Source: Acidobacteriota bacterium (GTDB lineage: Bacteria > Acidobacteriota > Vicinamibacteria > Vicinamibacterales > CAVVIG01). From it: a stretch of 64,000 bases of DNA. The notes under the pieces were generated by a model. It was not told where the DNA came from and searched no databases. It worked only from the letters and a program-made list of their open reading frames with translations. Below are positions 26,227 to 36,585 of the stretch, piece by piece. The stretch lies in assembly GCA_025463215.1 (NCBI GenBank), contig JAOBWF010000234.1, positions 1,822 through 65,821 on the forward strand. The letters run 5' to 3'. Within the stretch, counting starts at the first letter, position 1. Each line of letters begins with the position of its first letter. A program made the translations under genes and the position numbers.

Positions 26227-27675
26227 ATGAGGCGCGCGAGCGTCGCCCTGCTCTTTCTCCCTCTCGCGGTTCAAATCGTCGTCGTGGGGCAGCTGCAGGT
26301 CGGCGCGAGGGCGCTTCCCCCGCAGCGTGAGATCATCGTGTCGACGGATCGGATCGATCGTCTTGAGCGCTGGCTGAAGGCGGTGGATCAGCACGAGCCC
26401 GGCGAGATCGACGGCGCGACGAGCGAGATCGGCCGGTTCTCTGAGACCGCCCTTCGCGATCTGTGGGTGGATGCGCAGTCGCTGGTCCGCTTGATGCGCG
26501 ACCGGAAGACCTCGGTATTCCAAGCCACGAGCGGCCCACCGCCCGTTCGGACACGGATCATCTACAAGCCCGCGGACCTGCGACGGATGACGGTGTTGGC
26601 CTGCGCCGCGGCCGGCCTGCTCGACGACCGGGATTGTGTCGCGATCGATGCGGAGGGCGCGTTAGACGAACCGGCCGCGCGCCTTGCGGCGCACGCCGCC
26701 ACCAGTCGGGAGGCGGGCGACGAAGACAACTACATCCTTCGGCGCGCCGCTCTGCTGCACGCCGATGTCGCGGTGCTGGCGCCCGCCGCCGCTGCAGAGC
26801 CTGCATCCGCGTACACAACGGTGCGGACGATTGGTCCCCAGTCCGTGCGCGTCACCACGTCGGACGGGATCGACCGTTCCGTACAGCTCGTCGGTGTCAA
26901 CTGGGACATCGGGCGCAAGTTACTGGACGCTGTGCGCACGCCACGCGAGCGAATGCCCCACCCGGAGCGCGATCGGATGGTCCGCGACTGGTATCGTGCC
27001 ACGTCCGCCTGGATGATCTGGAACGAAAATTACGACACGAAGCATCTCGATCGCGCACGTGAGATCTTCCCGAACGATCAGGACATCCTGTTCCTGAGTG
27101 GCTGCCAGCATGAAGCCTACGCGCGTCCGCTGATTCAGAGCGCCGTGAAGACGGCCGTCCTCCCGACGGGGTTTTCGATCGACGTCGACTCGGCGCGCCT
27201 GGAGCTTCATCGCGCGGAGTCGTTCTTTCGCGGCGCGCTCGCGCAGGACCCGGCCGACGGAGAAGCGAGGCTTCGTCTGGGGCGGGCACTCGGGCTGCTC
27301 GATCGGCATGCGGATGCCGCATCGGCGCTGCGCGCGGCGTCCGAATCGCTCGCGGAGGCCGAGCAGCGATACTACAGCGACCTGTTCCTCGGCGCGGAAG
27401 AGGAGGCGCTCGGCCACTTCGAAGCGGCCCGCGCCGCGTATGGGCGTGCGAGACAGGGGTATCCGCGGGCGCAGTCGCCATACCTCGCGCTGAGTGAGCT
27501 CGCCCGTCGCACGGGCGACCGCGCCGGCGCGCTGCGCGCGACGAAGGAGATGTTTGACCTGTCCAAGGATCCCGCGCGCGACGATCCGTGGTGGTCCTAC
27601 TTCGTGCTGGGCGCGAGACACGCCGAGGAGTGGCTGGACGAGTTGAGACGTCCGTTCAAGCGGGCACCGCACTGA
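26227..27675 (+). CDS. Secreted hypothetical protein with TPR-like C-terminal helices
   Basis: MRRASVALLFLPLAVQIVVVG signal-like start at ATG 26227. The C-terminal helical repeats are Ala/Leu/Arg-rich (EARLRLGRALGLLDRHADAASALRAA...). Confidence 0.55.
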   Translation: MRRASVALLFLPLAVQIVVVGQLQVGARALPPQREIIVSTDRIDRLERWLKAVDQHEPGEIDGATSEIGRFSETALRDLWVDAQSLVRLMRDRKTSVFQATSGPPPVRTRIIYKPADLRRMTVLACAAAGLLDDRDCVAIDAEGALDEPAARLAAHAATSREAGDEDNYILRRAALLHADVAVLAPAAAAEPASAYTTVRTIGPQSVRVTTSDGIDRSVQLVGVNWDIGRKLLDAVRTPRERMPHPERDRMVRDWYRATSAWMIWNENYDTKHLDRAREIFPNDQDILFLSGCQHEAYARPLIQSAVKTAVLPTGFSIDVDSARLELHRAESFFRGALAQDPADGEARLRLGRALGLLDRHADAASALRAASESLAEAEQRYYSDLFLGAEEEALGHFEAARAAYGRARQGYPRAQSPYLALSELARRTGDRAGALRATKEMFDLSKDPARDDPWWSYFVLGARHAEEWLDELRRPFKRAPH

Positions 27676-27767
27676 CGAGAGCGTGCGCTACTGCGGTGGC
27701 GTTTGTGATCGCTGCCACCGTTCTGGGGGCCGCCGAGCGCAGCCAGCGGCCACACCAGAGCGACAAT

Positions 27768-27878
27768 TCACTGGGTGCGAAGCGCGATGACCGGATCCAC
27801 GCGACTGGCGAGCCCCGCAGGGATCCATACACCGAGCGGCGCCACGGCGGTCAATAGCAGTGGAATCGCCGGAGGTAA
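27768..27878 (-). pseudogene. C-terminal remnant of an FtsX/MacB-type (ADOP-like) ABC permease
   Basis: Manual translation gives PPAIPLLLTAVAPLGVWIPAGLASRVDPVIALRTQ*, the characteristic FtsX C-terminus. An in-frame TAG lies immediately upstream, so only about 36 codons survive. Confidence 0.35.
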
Positions 27879-27979
27879 CTAGGCCGGTTCCGGTTCAAGA
27901 GTGCACCCGTGAAGCAGCCTCGGTCACGCTGCGAGGCGCGTCGTACAGCGGAGTCACTCACGGCGGGCAGGCGGAACTT

Positions 27980-28624
27980 TTACTGCGGCGGTCGCTTCGC
28001 CGCCGCCAGATCCTCGCGCAGCGCCTCTGCCGTACGCCGTGGACCGTAGCCCGGCGTGTCGCGCTGAATCCGCCAGCTCTCGCTGAGCGGCCCGACGTCG
28101 ACGGTGTCGAACCCAAACTGATCGAGCAGCGCAGCGACTTCCATCTTCGCACGCGCGTCGTTGCCCGCAATCGCCAGGGCGCGGCGGTCCGGCGAGCCGT
28201 GCGGCTGGCCATGCGTCGTCAGCTCCGCCGCGTAGATGTGATTGAAGGCCTTCACCACCTTCGATGCCGGCAGATGCGCCTGCACCAGCTCCGAGGTCGT
28301 CGTCTTCTCGTTGTCGAGATCGGCCATGTGACCGTCGCGCTGCGGATAGTAGTTGAGTGTGTCGATCACGATCTTTCCGGAGAGCGGTTGGACAGGCACG
28401 TCGCGTAGATTCTTCAGCGGGATCGTGACGACGACGATGTCGCCGGCCTTGGCGGCTTCGTCGGGCGTCGCCGCGCGCGCGTGCGGACCGAGCTCGTGGA
28501 CAAGGTCGGCGAGCGTCTGCGGCCCTCGCGAGTTGCTGATGACGACGTCGTAGCCGTGCTTCACCGCCAGCCGCGCAAGTTGACTGCCGATGTGGCCGGC
28601 CCCGATCAGTCCGAGAGTCTCCAT
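27980..28624 (-). CDS. NADP oxidoreductase, coenzyme F420-dependent family (NpdG-like)
   Basis: METLGLIGAGHIGSQLARLAVKHGYDVVISNSRGPQTL... Start at ATG 28622-28624 with RBS GGAGGAGG. The track ORF extends upstream. Confidence 0.75.
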   Translation of the reverse strand: METLGLIGAGHIGSQLARLAVKHGYDVVISNSRGPQTLADLVHELGPHARAATPDEAAKAGDIVVVTIPLKNLRDVPVQPLSGKIVIDTLNYYPQRDGHMADLDNEKTTTSELVQAHLPASKVVKAFNHIYAAELTTHGQPHGSPDRRALAIAGNDARAKMEVAALLDQFGFDTVDVGPLSESWRIQRDTPGYGPRRTAEALREDLAAAKRPPQ

Positions 28625-29017
28625 GTCGCCTCCTCCGATCGATCCTATGTCAACCCGGCCTTGCACGCCGCGATCTCGCTGACGGCCTCGACAAACGTCG
28701 CGTTGAGCCAACCGCAGCAGGCGCACGAACGTCGTCTTGGGCTACCACCTGATGACGACCACGCCATTGCCGGTCCGGTTGCCCTGCGTGTGCGTCACGT
28801 TCGTGGCCGCCGGGATTGCGAACGACAGGCCGCCGCGCCGGCGACGACGACGCGATTGCCCAGCGCCGTGCCGCCCTGCCGTACGTCGGATGCGCCGCCG
28901 CCGCCGCCGGATCGCCCATCATCGTCGGCAGACTCCGGCGATTCCGAGCTTCGCTTTGTGCCGCTGCTTGCTGCCGTCTGCTGCCTCCAATGGCAAGAAA
29001 AAGGGTCTCGGCCGGCC

Positions 29018-29611
29018 CTAGACGGCGCGAACCAGCGGCGTATCGACCGCGTGTTCCGCCACGAACCAGACTTGCAGCTCGTTCTGGCGGATGACGCTGC
29101 TGACGACGAGATCGTTGGTGCCCTCGTCGCCGCGCTCCGCCGCGACCCGCGCCATCGCGCGCGATTCCTCGAGTACGATCTCGTGCGCATGCAGCAGTCG
29201 TGAGATCTGGACCGGGGCCTGCTCGCGCCCCCTGGGCGGCCGCGGGATCAGTGTCGTCTCGGCGATGTCGTGCGCCATCGCCAGGCTCACGCCGCCGAGC
29301 AACTGGATGCGCTCCGCGATCGCGTCGACCAGCTCGTTCTGCTCTTCGTAGTGCTTGTCGAACAGGAGATGAAGCTGATAGAAGGTCGGGCCCGACGCCT
29401 GCCAGTGGTGCTTCTTGTAGAGGTCTCGAAGCGTGATCACGTCGGCCAGCAACTGGTTCAGATTCTCAACGCTTTCCCGGCAGACGTTCTCGGACAACGC
29501 GATCGGCAGCTTGATCAACTGCCCGTACGGCTGCGTTTCGTGGGCCTGCTGATGCAGCATCGGCTCGGCGCGGCGCAGCGCATTCTCGTCTTCATTCGGT
29601 CGTTTGGCCAT
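29018..29611 (-). CDS. dps: Dps family DNA-protection/ferritin-like protein
   Basis: LNQLLADVITLRDLYKKHHWQASGPTFYQLHLLFDKHYEEQNELVDAIAERIQLLGG. Start at MAKRPNEDEN (ATG 29609-29611). The 546-aa track ORF is an artefactual extension. Confidence 0.85.
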   Translation of the reverse strand: MAKRPNEDENALRRAEPMLHQQAHETQPYGQLIKLPIALSENVCRESVENLNQLLADVITLRDLYKKHHWQASGPTFYQLHLLFDKHYEEQNELVDAIAERIQLLGGVSLAMAHDIAETTLIPRPPRGREQAPVQISRLLHAHEIVLEESRAMARVAAERGDEGTNDLVVSSVIRQNELQVWFVAEHAVDTPLVRAV

Positions 29612-29794
29612 GCTGAATCCGAAGGCAAAGGCGGGGCCACGTGGAAGCGTGCTGATGCCGGCGAAAACGCCGCCACGATGCGCCCTGTGCGCAAGAACGC
29701 TCACGAGTGTCTGCGTCCGGCGCGCACTCTTCACACCGTTCCCGCAACCGTTCCCACGGCGCGTGATGGCACTGATGTTGCCCCGTCGGTCCTG

Positions 29795-31267
29795 ATGATA
29801 CGCCCCGGCAGCCGCGGGTTCGCGCTGATCGCGGCGACGCTGACCTGCGCCGCGTGCGGCAGCGGGGCGGCGCCTCTCCCGGATCCGCCGGTCGTGCGCT
29901 CGCGCGACGGATTGGCGGAAATGACATTGACCGCGACGCGGGCCACCGATGGCCGTCACGCGTTCGCCTTCGACGGACAAGACGTGGCGCCGACAATCCG
30001 GATCGCGCCGGGGGACACGTTGAGAATCCACTACGTGAACGCGCTTCCACCCGCTGCCCCGCGCGCGATCCTCGCGGCGCCGATGAACATGAGCAACCTG
30101 CACTTCCACGGCCTGTCCGTCTCTCCGGACCGGCCGGCCGACGACGTGCTCGAGATGATGGCGATGCCGGGAGAGGCGCTCGACTATCGCGTGGCGATCC
30201 CGCGTCACCACCTGCCAGGCCTGCACTGGTATCACACGCACCCGCATGGCGAGAGCCATCAGCAGGTGCTCGACGGCATGTCGGCCGCGCTGATCGTCGA
30301 GGGGATCGAGGCGTACGCACCGCAGGTGCGCGGGCTGCGCGAGCGCGTGCTGGTGATTCGCGCCAGCGACATCGAACACGATCCGCATGCGGCGGCGGCG
30401 CGAGCGCGCGTCGAGGTCGATCGGGCGTCCTGCGGCGAAAGCCATGACCCGGTCGAACGGGTGTTCACGATCAACGGCGTCCTTCGTCCCGAAATAGCGA
30501 TGGCCCCCGGCGAGCGGCAGTTCTGGCGCATCGTCAACGCCGCGGCGGATCGCTACGTCGACATCGCCATTCCCGATCAGCGCTTCGAGGTGGTGGCGTA
30601 CGACGGTCAGCCGATCGCGGACCACGATCCCGCGCACCCCACGCGCCTGGTCGACCACGTGCTCGTCCCGCCCGCGGGCCGGGTCGAAGCGATTGTCACC
30701 GCCCCGGCGCGCGGGGGGCGTTCGGTGTTCCGCACGCGCTGCGTGGACACCGGGCCCGACGGTGATCCGAATCCGGCGATGGTGCTGGCCGACATCGCCA
30801 CGGCGAAGGGCGCCGCGACCCCGGCGACGTCCGCGACCGTCGTGTCGCGCCCCGCGCCGCCCTCCAGGCTGATAGACGCGCAGCCGCTCGAGCGCGAGCC
30901 GCCCGCCTTCACGCTGGTGTTTTCAGAGGACCGGCGAGGGTTCTACATCAACGGGCTCAAGTTTACGGCCGACGCCGCGCCGATGGTGCGCGCCAAGGTC
31001 GGCACCTACCAGCACTGGCTGGTCGTCAACGACTCGCGTGAGCTTCATCCGATGCACATTCACCAGGTGCATTTTCTGGCGTTCCGTGAGAACGGCCAGG
31101 CGATTGCGGACCCACGGTGGCTCGACACCGTCAACGTGAGCGCCGGTGGGTCGGTCGACGTCCTCATGGACTTCACCGACCCGGTGATCAGAGGCATGTC
31201 GGTGTTTCACTGCCATCTTCTGAATCACGAGGACAAGGGGATGATGGCCAAGATCCTGTTCGAGTAG
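29795..31267 (+). CDS. Multicopper oxidase (laccase/CueO-like), probably a lipoprotein
   Basis: Copper motifs LHFHG, HWYHTHPHG, HPMHIHQVHF and FHCHLLNHEDKGMM. Start at MIRPGSRGFALIAATLTCAACGS (ATG 29795). Divergent from dps. Confidence 0.85.
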   Translation: MIRPGSRGFALIAATLTCAACGSGAAPLPDPPVVRSRDGLAEMTLTATRATDGRHAFAFDGQDVAPTIRIAPGDTLRIHYVNALPPAAPRAILAAPMNMSNLHFHGLSVSPDRPADDVLEMMAMPGEALDYRVAIPRHHLPGLHWYHTHPHGESHQQVLDGMSAALIVEGIEAYAPQVRGLRERVLVIRASDIEHDPHAAAARARVEVDRASCGESHDPVERVFTINGVLRPEIAMAPGERQFWRIVNAAADRYVDIAIPDQRFEVVAYDGQPIADHDPAHPTRLVDHVLVPPAGRVEAIVTAPARGGRSVFRTRCVDTGPDGDPNPAMVLADIATAKGAATPATSATVVSRPAPPSRLIDAQPLEREPPAFTLVFSEDRRGFYINGLKFTADAAPMVRAKVGTYQHWLVVNDSRELHPMHIHQVHFLAFRENGQAIADPRWLDTVNVSAGGSVDVLMDFTDPVIRGMSVFHCHLLNHEDKGMMAKILFE

Positions 31268-31439
31268 GACCTGATTCACATCGTGGTGGAGGGCTCCGCC
31301 TGATTCCGTCCGGCGCCGGTCGATCGGCAAATCGTCCGTCCTGATCCCCAACCTGCTGCAACGTCGCCGAGTCCTTGTTCAGCCTGAAGAGAGGGAATCA
31401 AGACTCACCGCGCGTTGCGGCAACACGGCGGCGGTGACA

Positions 31440-33176
31440 TTAATGATCGGTGGCGTCATTCGAGACGGACCCTCTGGGAACGCCGGCTGTCCTCGCCTGT
31501 GGGTCGACGTTGGTCGGGAGGATGAAGCAAAAGCGTGCGCCGCGAGGAACGTTGTCGGTCGCCCACAAACGGCCGTCATGCGATTCCACGATGGAGCGGC
31601 TGATCGACAATCCCATGCCGATCCCCTGACGCTTCGTGGTAAAGAACGCCTTGAAGATCTCATCGGCCTCGTGCGGGGGCAGCCCTACTCCCGTATCGCT
31701 GACGGACACCAGCAGTTGCGCGCTTTCCGCGCGCTGCGACGTGATGGTGAGCTCGCGCGTCCCCTCCACCGTCTTCATCGCATCGATGCTGTTCATGATC
31801 AGATTCATCATCACCTGCTGCAACTGCACGCGATCACCCATGACCGGGGGAAGATCGGCCACGAGCTTCGTGCGGACCGAGATGGCGTAGCGCGAGACCT
31901 CGGTGCGCAGGAGGACGATCAGGTCTCGAATGACGTCGTTGACGTCGATTACCCCCCGTTCCGGACTACTCTTCGTGAAGAGCAAGCGGATCCGGCTGAT
32001 GATGTCCGCCGCCCGCGTTGCGTCCTTCACGGCTCTCGAAGCCGCTTCGCGCGCCTCTTCCATATTGGCCTGATCGCGTGTGAGCCAACGCAGGCAGGTA
32101 TTGGCATCCGTGAGGACGGCAGCGATCGGTTGCCTCACTTCGTGCGCCAGGGAGGCGGTCAGCTCCCCCATGGTGGTCACGCGGCTGGCGTGTGCGAGAT
32201 CCGCGTGCGCCTGACGCAATGTTTCTTCGGCCCGCTTGCGGTCCTCGATGTCGGTCCGCGTCCCGTACCACCGAAGGACTTGTCCCTGCTCATCCCGCAG
32301 GGGGTTGTTTCGGATCAAAAACCAGCGGTACTGCCCGTCCCGTCCCCGTATGCGTGCCTCCATCTCAAAAGGGGCACTGTGTGAACGCCCGCGCTCCCGA
32401 ATGATGGCTAACTTCTTGAAATCTTCCGGATGAAAAGTCTTGGCCAACGCGTCGGTTGACTGCACGGCGTCCAACGTCAGGCCGCTGAATTCCAGTTCTC
32501 GCCGGTTCGCAAAAAGAGGGCTCCAATTCGAATCGAACACCACGACTTGCTGCGGAATCACGTCGATCAGCTGACGAAGCTCCGTCTCGCTGTGCCGCAG
32601 CTCTTCGTTGGCGGCCTTGAGTTGTGTGGTTCGCTCGGCGACCTGTTGTTCGAGCGCCGCTGCGACACGCTTCTGCTCGCCGGAGCGCCGAGCCTCTTGT
32701 AATCCGATTCCGGCCTGATTGGTCGCGACGCGCAGGAGGAGCCGTTCGATATCCGTCGGGAAATCACTGCGCTGAGAGCCCGCCACCAACATACCGACTT
32801 CGTCGTCGAGGCCGAGGGAGAACGACGCAATTGAGACCTCACCAGCTCCGGCGGGGGCGGGCACCATGAAACGCGAAGCGGATTGGCCGCCCGTCAACCA
32901 GCGGCCGAGCGCTTGACCGACCTGCTGCGGCCCAACAGAGGAATACTCGGAGTGAGGCGACCGGACCTCTTCGATTGGCGGACCGCCACTCGAGTCGTTC
33001 ACGCGGGCGTACACGAAATCGAGACGCAGCATGGCGAGGAGCACGTCGAGCAGAGTGCCGACCATGTGCGATGGCTCACTGCCACCCCACAGAGCGGGAA
33101 GGGCCAGAACACTGATCAGATCGTTGACGCAGCGCCGCAGGCGCTTGATCTCATCCTCTGCAGGTTCTATTTCCAC
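31440..33176 (-). CDS. Sensor histidine kinase (GAF-like, PAS, HisKA, HATPase_c)
   Basis: PAS (VVVFDSNWSPLFANRRELEFSGLTLD...FHPEDF...YRWFLIRNNPLRDEQGQVLRWYGTRTDIEDRKRAEE), H-box LAHEVRQPIAAV, and G-boxes SDTGVGL and GIGMGLSISRSIV. GTG start 33174-33176. Confidence 0.85.
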   Translation of the reverse strand: MEIEPAEDEIKRLRRCVNDLISVLALPALWGGSEPSHMVGTLLDVLLAMLRLDFVYARVNDSSGGPPIEEVRSPHSEYSSVGPQQVGQALGRWLTGGQSASRFMVPAPAGAGEVSIASFSLGLDDEVGMLVAGSQRSDFPTDIERLLLRVATNQAGIGLQEARRSGEQKRVAAALEQQVAERTTQLKAANEELRHSETELRQLIDVIPQQVVVFDSNWSPLFANRRELEFSGLTLDAVQSTDALAKTFHPEDFKKLAIIRERGRSHSAPFEMEARIRGRDGQYRWFLIRNNPLRDEQGQVLRWYGTRTDIEDRKRAEETLRQAHADLAHASRVTTMGELTASLAHEVRQPIAAVLTDANTCLRWLTRDQANMEEAREAASRAVKDATRAADIISRIRLLFTKSSPERGVIDVNDVIRDLIVLLRTEVSRYAISVRTKLVADLPPVMGDRVQLQQVMMNLIMNSIDAMKTVEGTRELTITSQRAESAQLLVSVSDTGVGLPPHEADEIFKAFFTTKRQGIGMGLSISRSIVESHDGRLWATDNVPRGARFCFILPTNVDPQARTAGVPRGSVSNDATDH

Positions 33177-33182
33177 TTCACA

Positions 33183-33950
33183 TCAGACCGGTGATCGGCC
33201 GGACGCGCTGCGCGTCGTGTGTCTTTGACGCAGCTCCCGCAAGAATTCGTCCGGCGGAACGAAGAACGCGTTCTCCTGGAGGACCCCCCCGATGATGATC
33301 ATCGGATGCGTCCGCATGATATCGACGACGATCGCCCCGCCAAACTTGGCGAGATCGTAGATTCATATGACCGGGTCCTGATATCGAGGCAAGATGTAAT
33401 TGAGCCTCGTCTCGTACTCCACCAGGTCGTCAACGCCCGGTCGATCTTCCAGGGCCCAGTCCATGTGGGCGACCAACCGCGTGAGCGCGAACCCTTCTTG
33501 CATGCCGCCGTCGAGGACTTCCTCGATCAGCGCGAGCATCCTGTCCTGATCGAAATGGCCATCGCGCAGGTACGCGTCAGCCCAGTTGCATAGCTCGAAT
33601 TGGCCGCTCTTTTCCGCCGCCTCCACATCGATGCCGGCCGACGCGAGTCGCAGGCTGTGCTCCGCGCGCAGCGTGGGATCGACGATGTGGAAGGCCTTCT
33701 CGCCCCGATCGAAACCCTCTTTGATGAACGGAAGGAGCACTCGATATTCTTCGTCGGGATGGTGAAAGAACGCGCAAACGTGGCGTTGAGCGGCAAGCAC
33801 CGACCCCGCGAACCGAATCGGTTCAGGGCTGTTGATTGACGCTCGCCCGGATTTCGTACGGTCAGTGGCGGGATCCACGGGAGTCCTCCTTCGACAGGCG
33901 CGGCCACGGCTGTCGGCTGGCAGACACGGAGAATCGCTGGCAACTGTCAC
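33183..33950 (-). CDS. MEDS-domain sensory protein interrupted by one in-frame TGA at 33363-33365
   Basis: HVCAFFHHPDEEYRVLLPFIKEGFDRGEKAFHIVDP...LNYILPRYQDPVI-TGA-IYDLAKFGGAIVVDIMRTHPMIIIGGVLQENAFFVPPDEFLRELRQRH. Same frame on both sides. Ends 6 nt before the histidine kinase start. Confidence 0.65.
33330..33356 (-). other. SECIS-like stem-loop 3' of the MEDS TGA
   Basis: The minus strand reads GAUC-U-CGCCA-AGUU-UGGCG-GGGC-GAUC. The apical GU lies 18-19 nt after the UGA. Confidence 0.35.
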
Positions 33951-34089
33951 GAAGCGGAACGAAGAACGCCCGGCCGAATGCCATACGACTCCAATCTGTT
34001 GTCGTTGTCAAGTCGGTGGTCCGCCAGTCGGCGCGAGCAGACGGATCGATCGCGGCTTGAACGCGCCCATGAAATCTTCGAGCGTGGCG

Positions 34090-35583
34090 CTATGGCTTCC
34101 GGACGATCGTCGCGCTGAAGACTTCTTCCATCGCGACGCCGATCGAACAACCACCAAACGGATTGAGCTGGTTACGGCTGTCGGTCCAGATCGGATGCGA
34201 GATTCCGCCGAACGAGACGAGCCCGGCGTAGTCCCCCTGCTGATTGCCGTAGTTGATCGCGACGCACGGGAACTGCCCCCCGCAGTCGTGCTCGTTCGAG
34301 CTGACGTCGGTGACGCGGAGATTCGGCGACAGCCACGAGCCATTACCGGCGCGCAACTGCGTGAAATAAATGTCGGTCATGAAGCGATTGCCGGTCGTGT
34401 CGTTGCGCGTGTCGTAGAACGAGATGTTCGCATCGCCGGTCACCGGATCAACCGATATCCAGTGATTGAACCGGTCGACCGGTTTCGGCAGGCGATCGGC
34501 CGCCGTCGCCGCCGGCGACCACGTGTTGCCGCCATCGTCGGACGACGACCAGAAGATGTCGCTGCCGCTCGACGTCATATCCATCCACGAGCAGTAGAGC
34601 CGCCCACGATGCGCGCCGGCAGAGCGGTCGGTGTCGCACGCGGGGTAGACGAGGGCGCCGCGGCTGGCCTCGGCGGGGATCGCGATGTCGAACGCCAGGC
34701 TCTTGGCGGCGATGACGCGCGGCGTGCCCCACGTGACACCGCCATCCAGCGAACGGTTGAAGGCGATCGTGTTCGCGGCGTAGTCGTTCCAGGCCACGTA
34801 GACCTCGCCGTTCGGCCCGACGAACGGGATGGCTCCGATCGCGTGGCCGGGGCCGCGTGGATCGTCGACCCGCACGGTCGTGAACGTCGCGCCATGATCG
34901 GTCGACCGCGCCAGCCGTACACCGCCGCCGGTCGATCCGCCGGTCGCCGCGTCCCACGCGATGTACACGGAGTCGCGGAAACGGCTCGCCGGATTCGCAT
35001 CGGCGGTGATCATCGGCTTATCGTTGAAGTGCCCCGATCCACCCTCGAGCGAGAACAGCGTGAACTGCGGATAGCTTCGGCCGCCGTCGGTCGATCGCGC
35101 GACCGCCATCGCGGTGGCGTTGATGCCATTGCCGTTGCCGAAGTAGACGACGATGTAGCCGTAGAAGAGATTGCCGCTGGAATCGAAGGCCAGTGTGGGA
35201 TCGGAGCCGAAGTTCACCCCGTTGCCCTTCGGCGCCGGCAGCGGCAGGTCGACGCCACCCCACGTCGAGCCGCCGTCGGACGAGAAATAGCCGCGCATCG
35301 GCAGGCGAAAGATCTCGTTCGAGCCGCCGGCGAGCATTTTCGGCTGTGCAGAGTTCAGCGTGACGTACGTCTCGCTTTGCGGACCACACTCGTTGGACAC
35401 GTCTACGTTCGGGCCGACCTTGAAGCCGGCGTCCCCTGTGCACGTCTCGGCACCATGCGCAGCCAGATACTGATACTTATCCCACCAGGTCGGCTTCGTC
35501 GGGTTGTTGGTCTGAGCGAGCGCTGTCGTGGCGAGCGCGAGGCAGAGCACTGGGGCCGCGAGAACGGCGGTGGTTCGGAACAT
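34090..35583 (-). CDS. Secreted BNR/Asp-box repeat (sialidase-fold) protein
   Basis: Signal peptide MFRTTAVLAAPVLCLALATTALA and Asp-boxes SSDGGSTW, STDGGRSY, STDHGATF, SLDGGVTW and SDDGGNTW. Confidence 0.8.
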   Translation of the reverse strand: MFRTTAVLAAPVLCLALATTALAQTNNPTKPTWWDKYQYLAAHGAETCTGDAGFKVGPNVDVSNECGPQSETYVTLNSAQPKMLAGGSNEIFRLPMRGYFSSDGGSTWGGVDLPLPAPKGNGVNFGSDPTLAFDSSGNLFYGYIVVYFGNGNGINATAMAVARSTDGGRSYPQFTLFSLEGGSGHFNDKPMITADANPASRFRDSVYIAWDAATGGSTGGGVRLARSTDHGATFTTVRVDDPRGPGHAIGAIPFVGPNGEVYVAWNDYAANTIAFNRSLDGGVTWGTPRVIAAKSLAFDIAIPAEASRGALVYPACDTDRSAGAHRGRLYCSWMDMTSSGSDIFWSSSDDGGNTWSPAATAADRLPKPVDRFNHWISVDPVTGDANISFYDTRNDTTGNRFMTDIYFTQLRAGNGSWLSPNLRVTDVSSNEHDCGGQFPCVAINYGNQQGDYAGLVSFGGISHPIWTDSRNQLNPFGGCSIGVAMEEVFSATIVRKP

Positions 35584-35891
35584 GGCAAGCCCTCCTGGAT
35601 GGTGACGGTCGATTATATCCAGAGGTTGGGCTCTGCTGTGACAAAGCGCGGGACGCGCAACCGGTTCTGGCGCTTGGCGATCGCCGCGCCGACGTTACCG
35701 AAGATCATGCTGGTCGTGACAAATGACCCGACGATTCGACCGAGGGGTGACGTGGAGGAACTGTGAGATCGCGGCTTTATGGACTTTGACGCGCCAGTGC
35801 TCCATTGAGAAATGGCTTCGGGACCTGATAGCGCAGTACTTCCTCGATACGAGCACGCCGACGACGTGCACGAACAACACCGGTGACCGAA

Positions 35892-36518
35892 TCATGTCCC
35901 GCCGGTGAGCCCGACGACGTGATGCGTGTGTGAACCGTGCTCGAGCTCGCCGAGCAGAAAATGAGCGACGTCCGCGCGACTGATCGAAGCCAATGCGCTC
36001 CGACCTGGCAGATGTCCGTTCTCGGCGCGGTATCGGCTGGTGAGGGAGCCGTTCGTCAACCGCGGCGGGCGCACGATCGTCCAGTCCAGTCTGCTCGCCA
36101 TGACGATGTGCTCCATTTCGGCGGAGTCCTCCGCCACGTTCTTCAGGAGCGTGTGCCGCAACACCCCGCCCAGAAACCCAAGATCGCGAAACAGGACGGC
36201 CGCTGAGACCACGATCAAGCGGCGCGGGCCGGCGATCTCCATGGCGTCCACCGTGCTGCGCGCCGCCGCGCGAAGGATCGTCGTCGGTCCGGGGCCCGGC
36301 GGCCCGAGCACCGACAGCACGGCGGCGTGCCCCGGAAGTACTTTTTGGAGGTCGGCGACGCTGCGCGGATCGCCCTGACGTACCGTAACGCGATCGATCA
36401 GTGAACCGAGTTTCTGCGGCGAGCGTACAAACGCGGTGATCTCGTGGCCCCGTTCGCCGGCCTGCCGAATGATCGCCCTTCCGGTGCCGCCTGTCGCGCC
36501 AAGAACCAGTAGCCTCAT
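35892..36518 (-). CDS. NAD(P)H-binding (atypical SDR / flavin-reductase-like) protein
   Basis: MRLLVLGATGGTGRAIIRQAGERGHEITAFVRSPQKL. Confidence 0.75.
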   Translation of the reverse strand: MRLLVLGATGGTGRAIIRQAGERGHEITAFVRSPQKLGSLIDRVTVRQGDPRSVADLQKVLPGHAAVLSVLGPPGPGPTTILRAAARSTVDAMEIAGPRRLIVVSAAVLFRDLGFLGGVLRHTLLKNVAEDSAEMEHIVMASRLDWTIVRPPRLTNGSLTSRYRAENGHLPGRSALASISRADVAHFLLGELEHGSHTHHVVGLTGGT

Positions 36519-36585
36519 GGATGCTCCTCTGAACGTTCGTTATTAGAGGAGACCATCGCCGCCCCCGTTTCGTGACAGGGCACGC

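Noticed and set aside
29018-30658. Over-extended track ORFs. Examples: 29018-30658 (Dps), 29270-31267 (multicopper oxidase), 36586-38019 (ECF41 sigma), 1657-2817 (NmrA-like), 27980-28726, 16772-17299, 5946-6599, 57593-61012.
   Set aside because: The recognisable protein begins at an internal start with an RBS or stop-start overlap. The upstream extensions overlap neighbouring genes and look non-coding. I trimmed the coordinates in the feature list.
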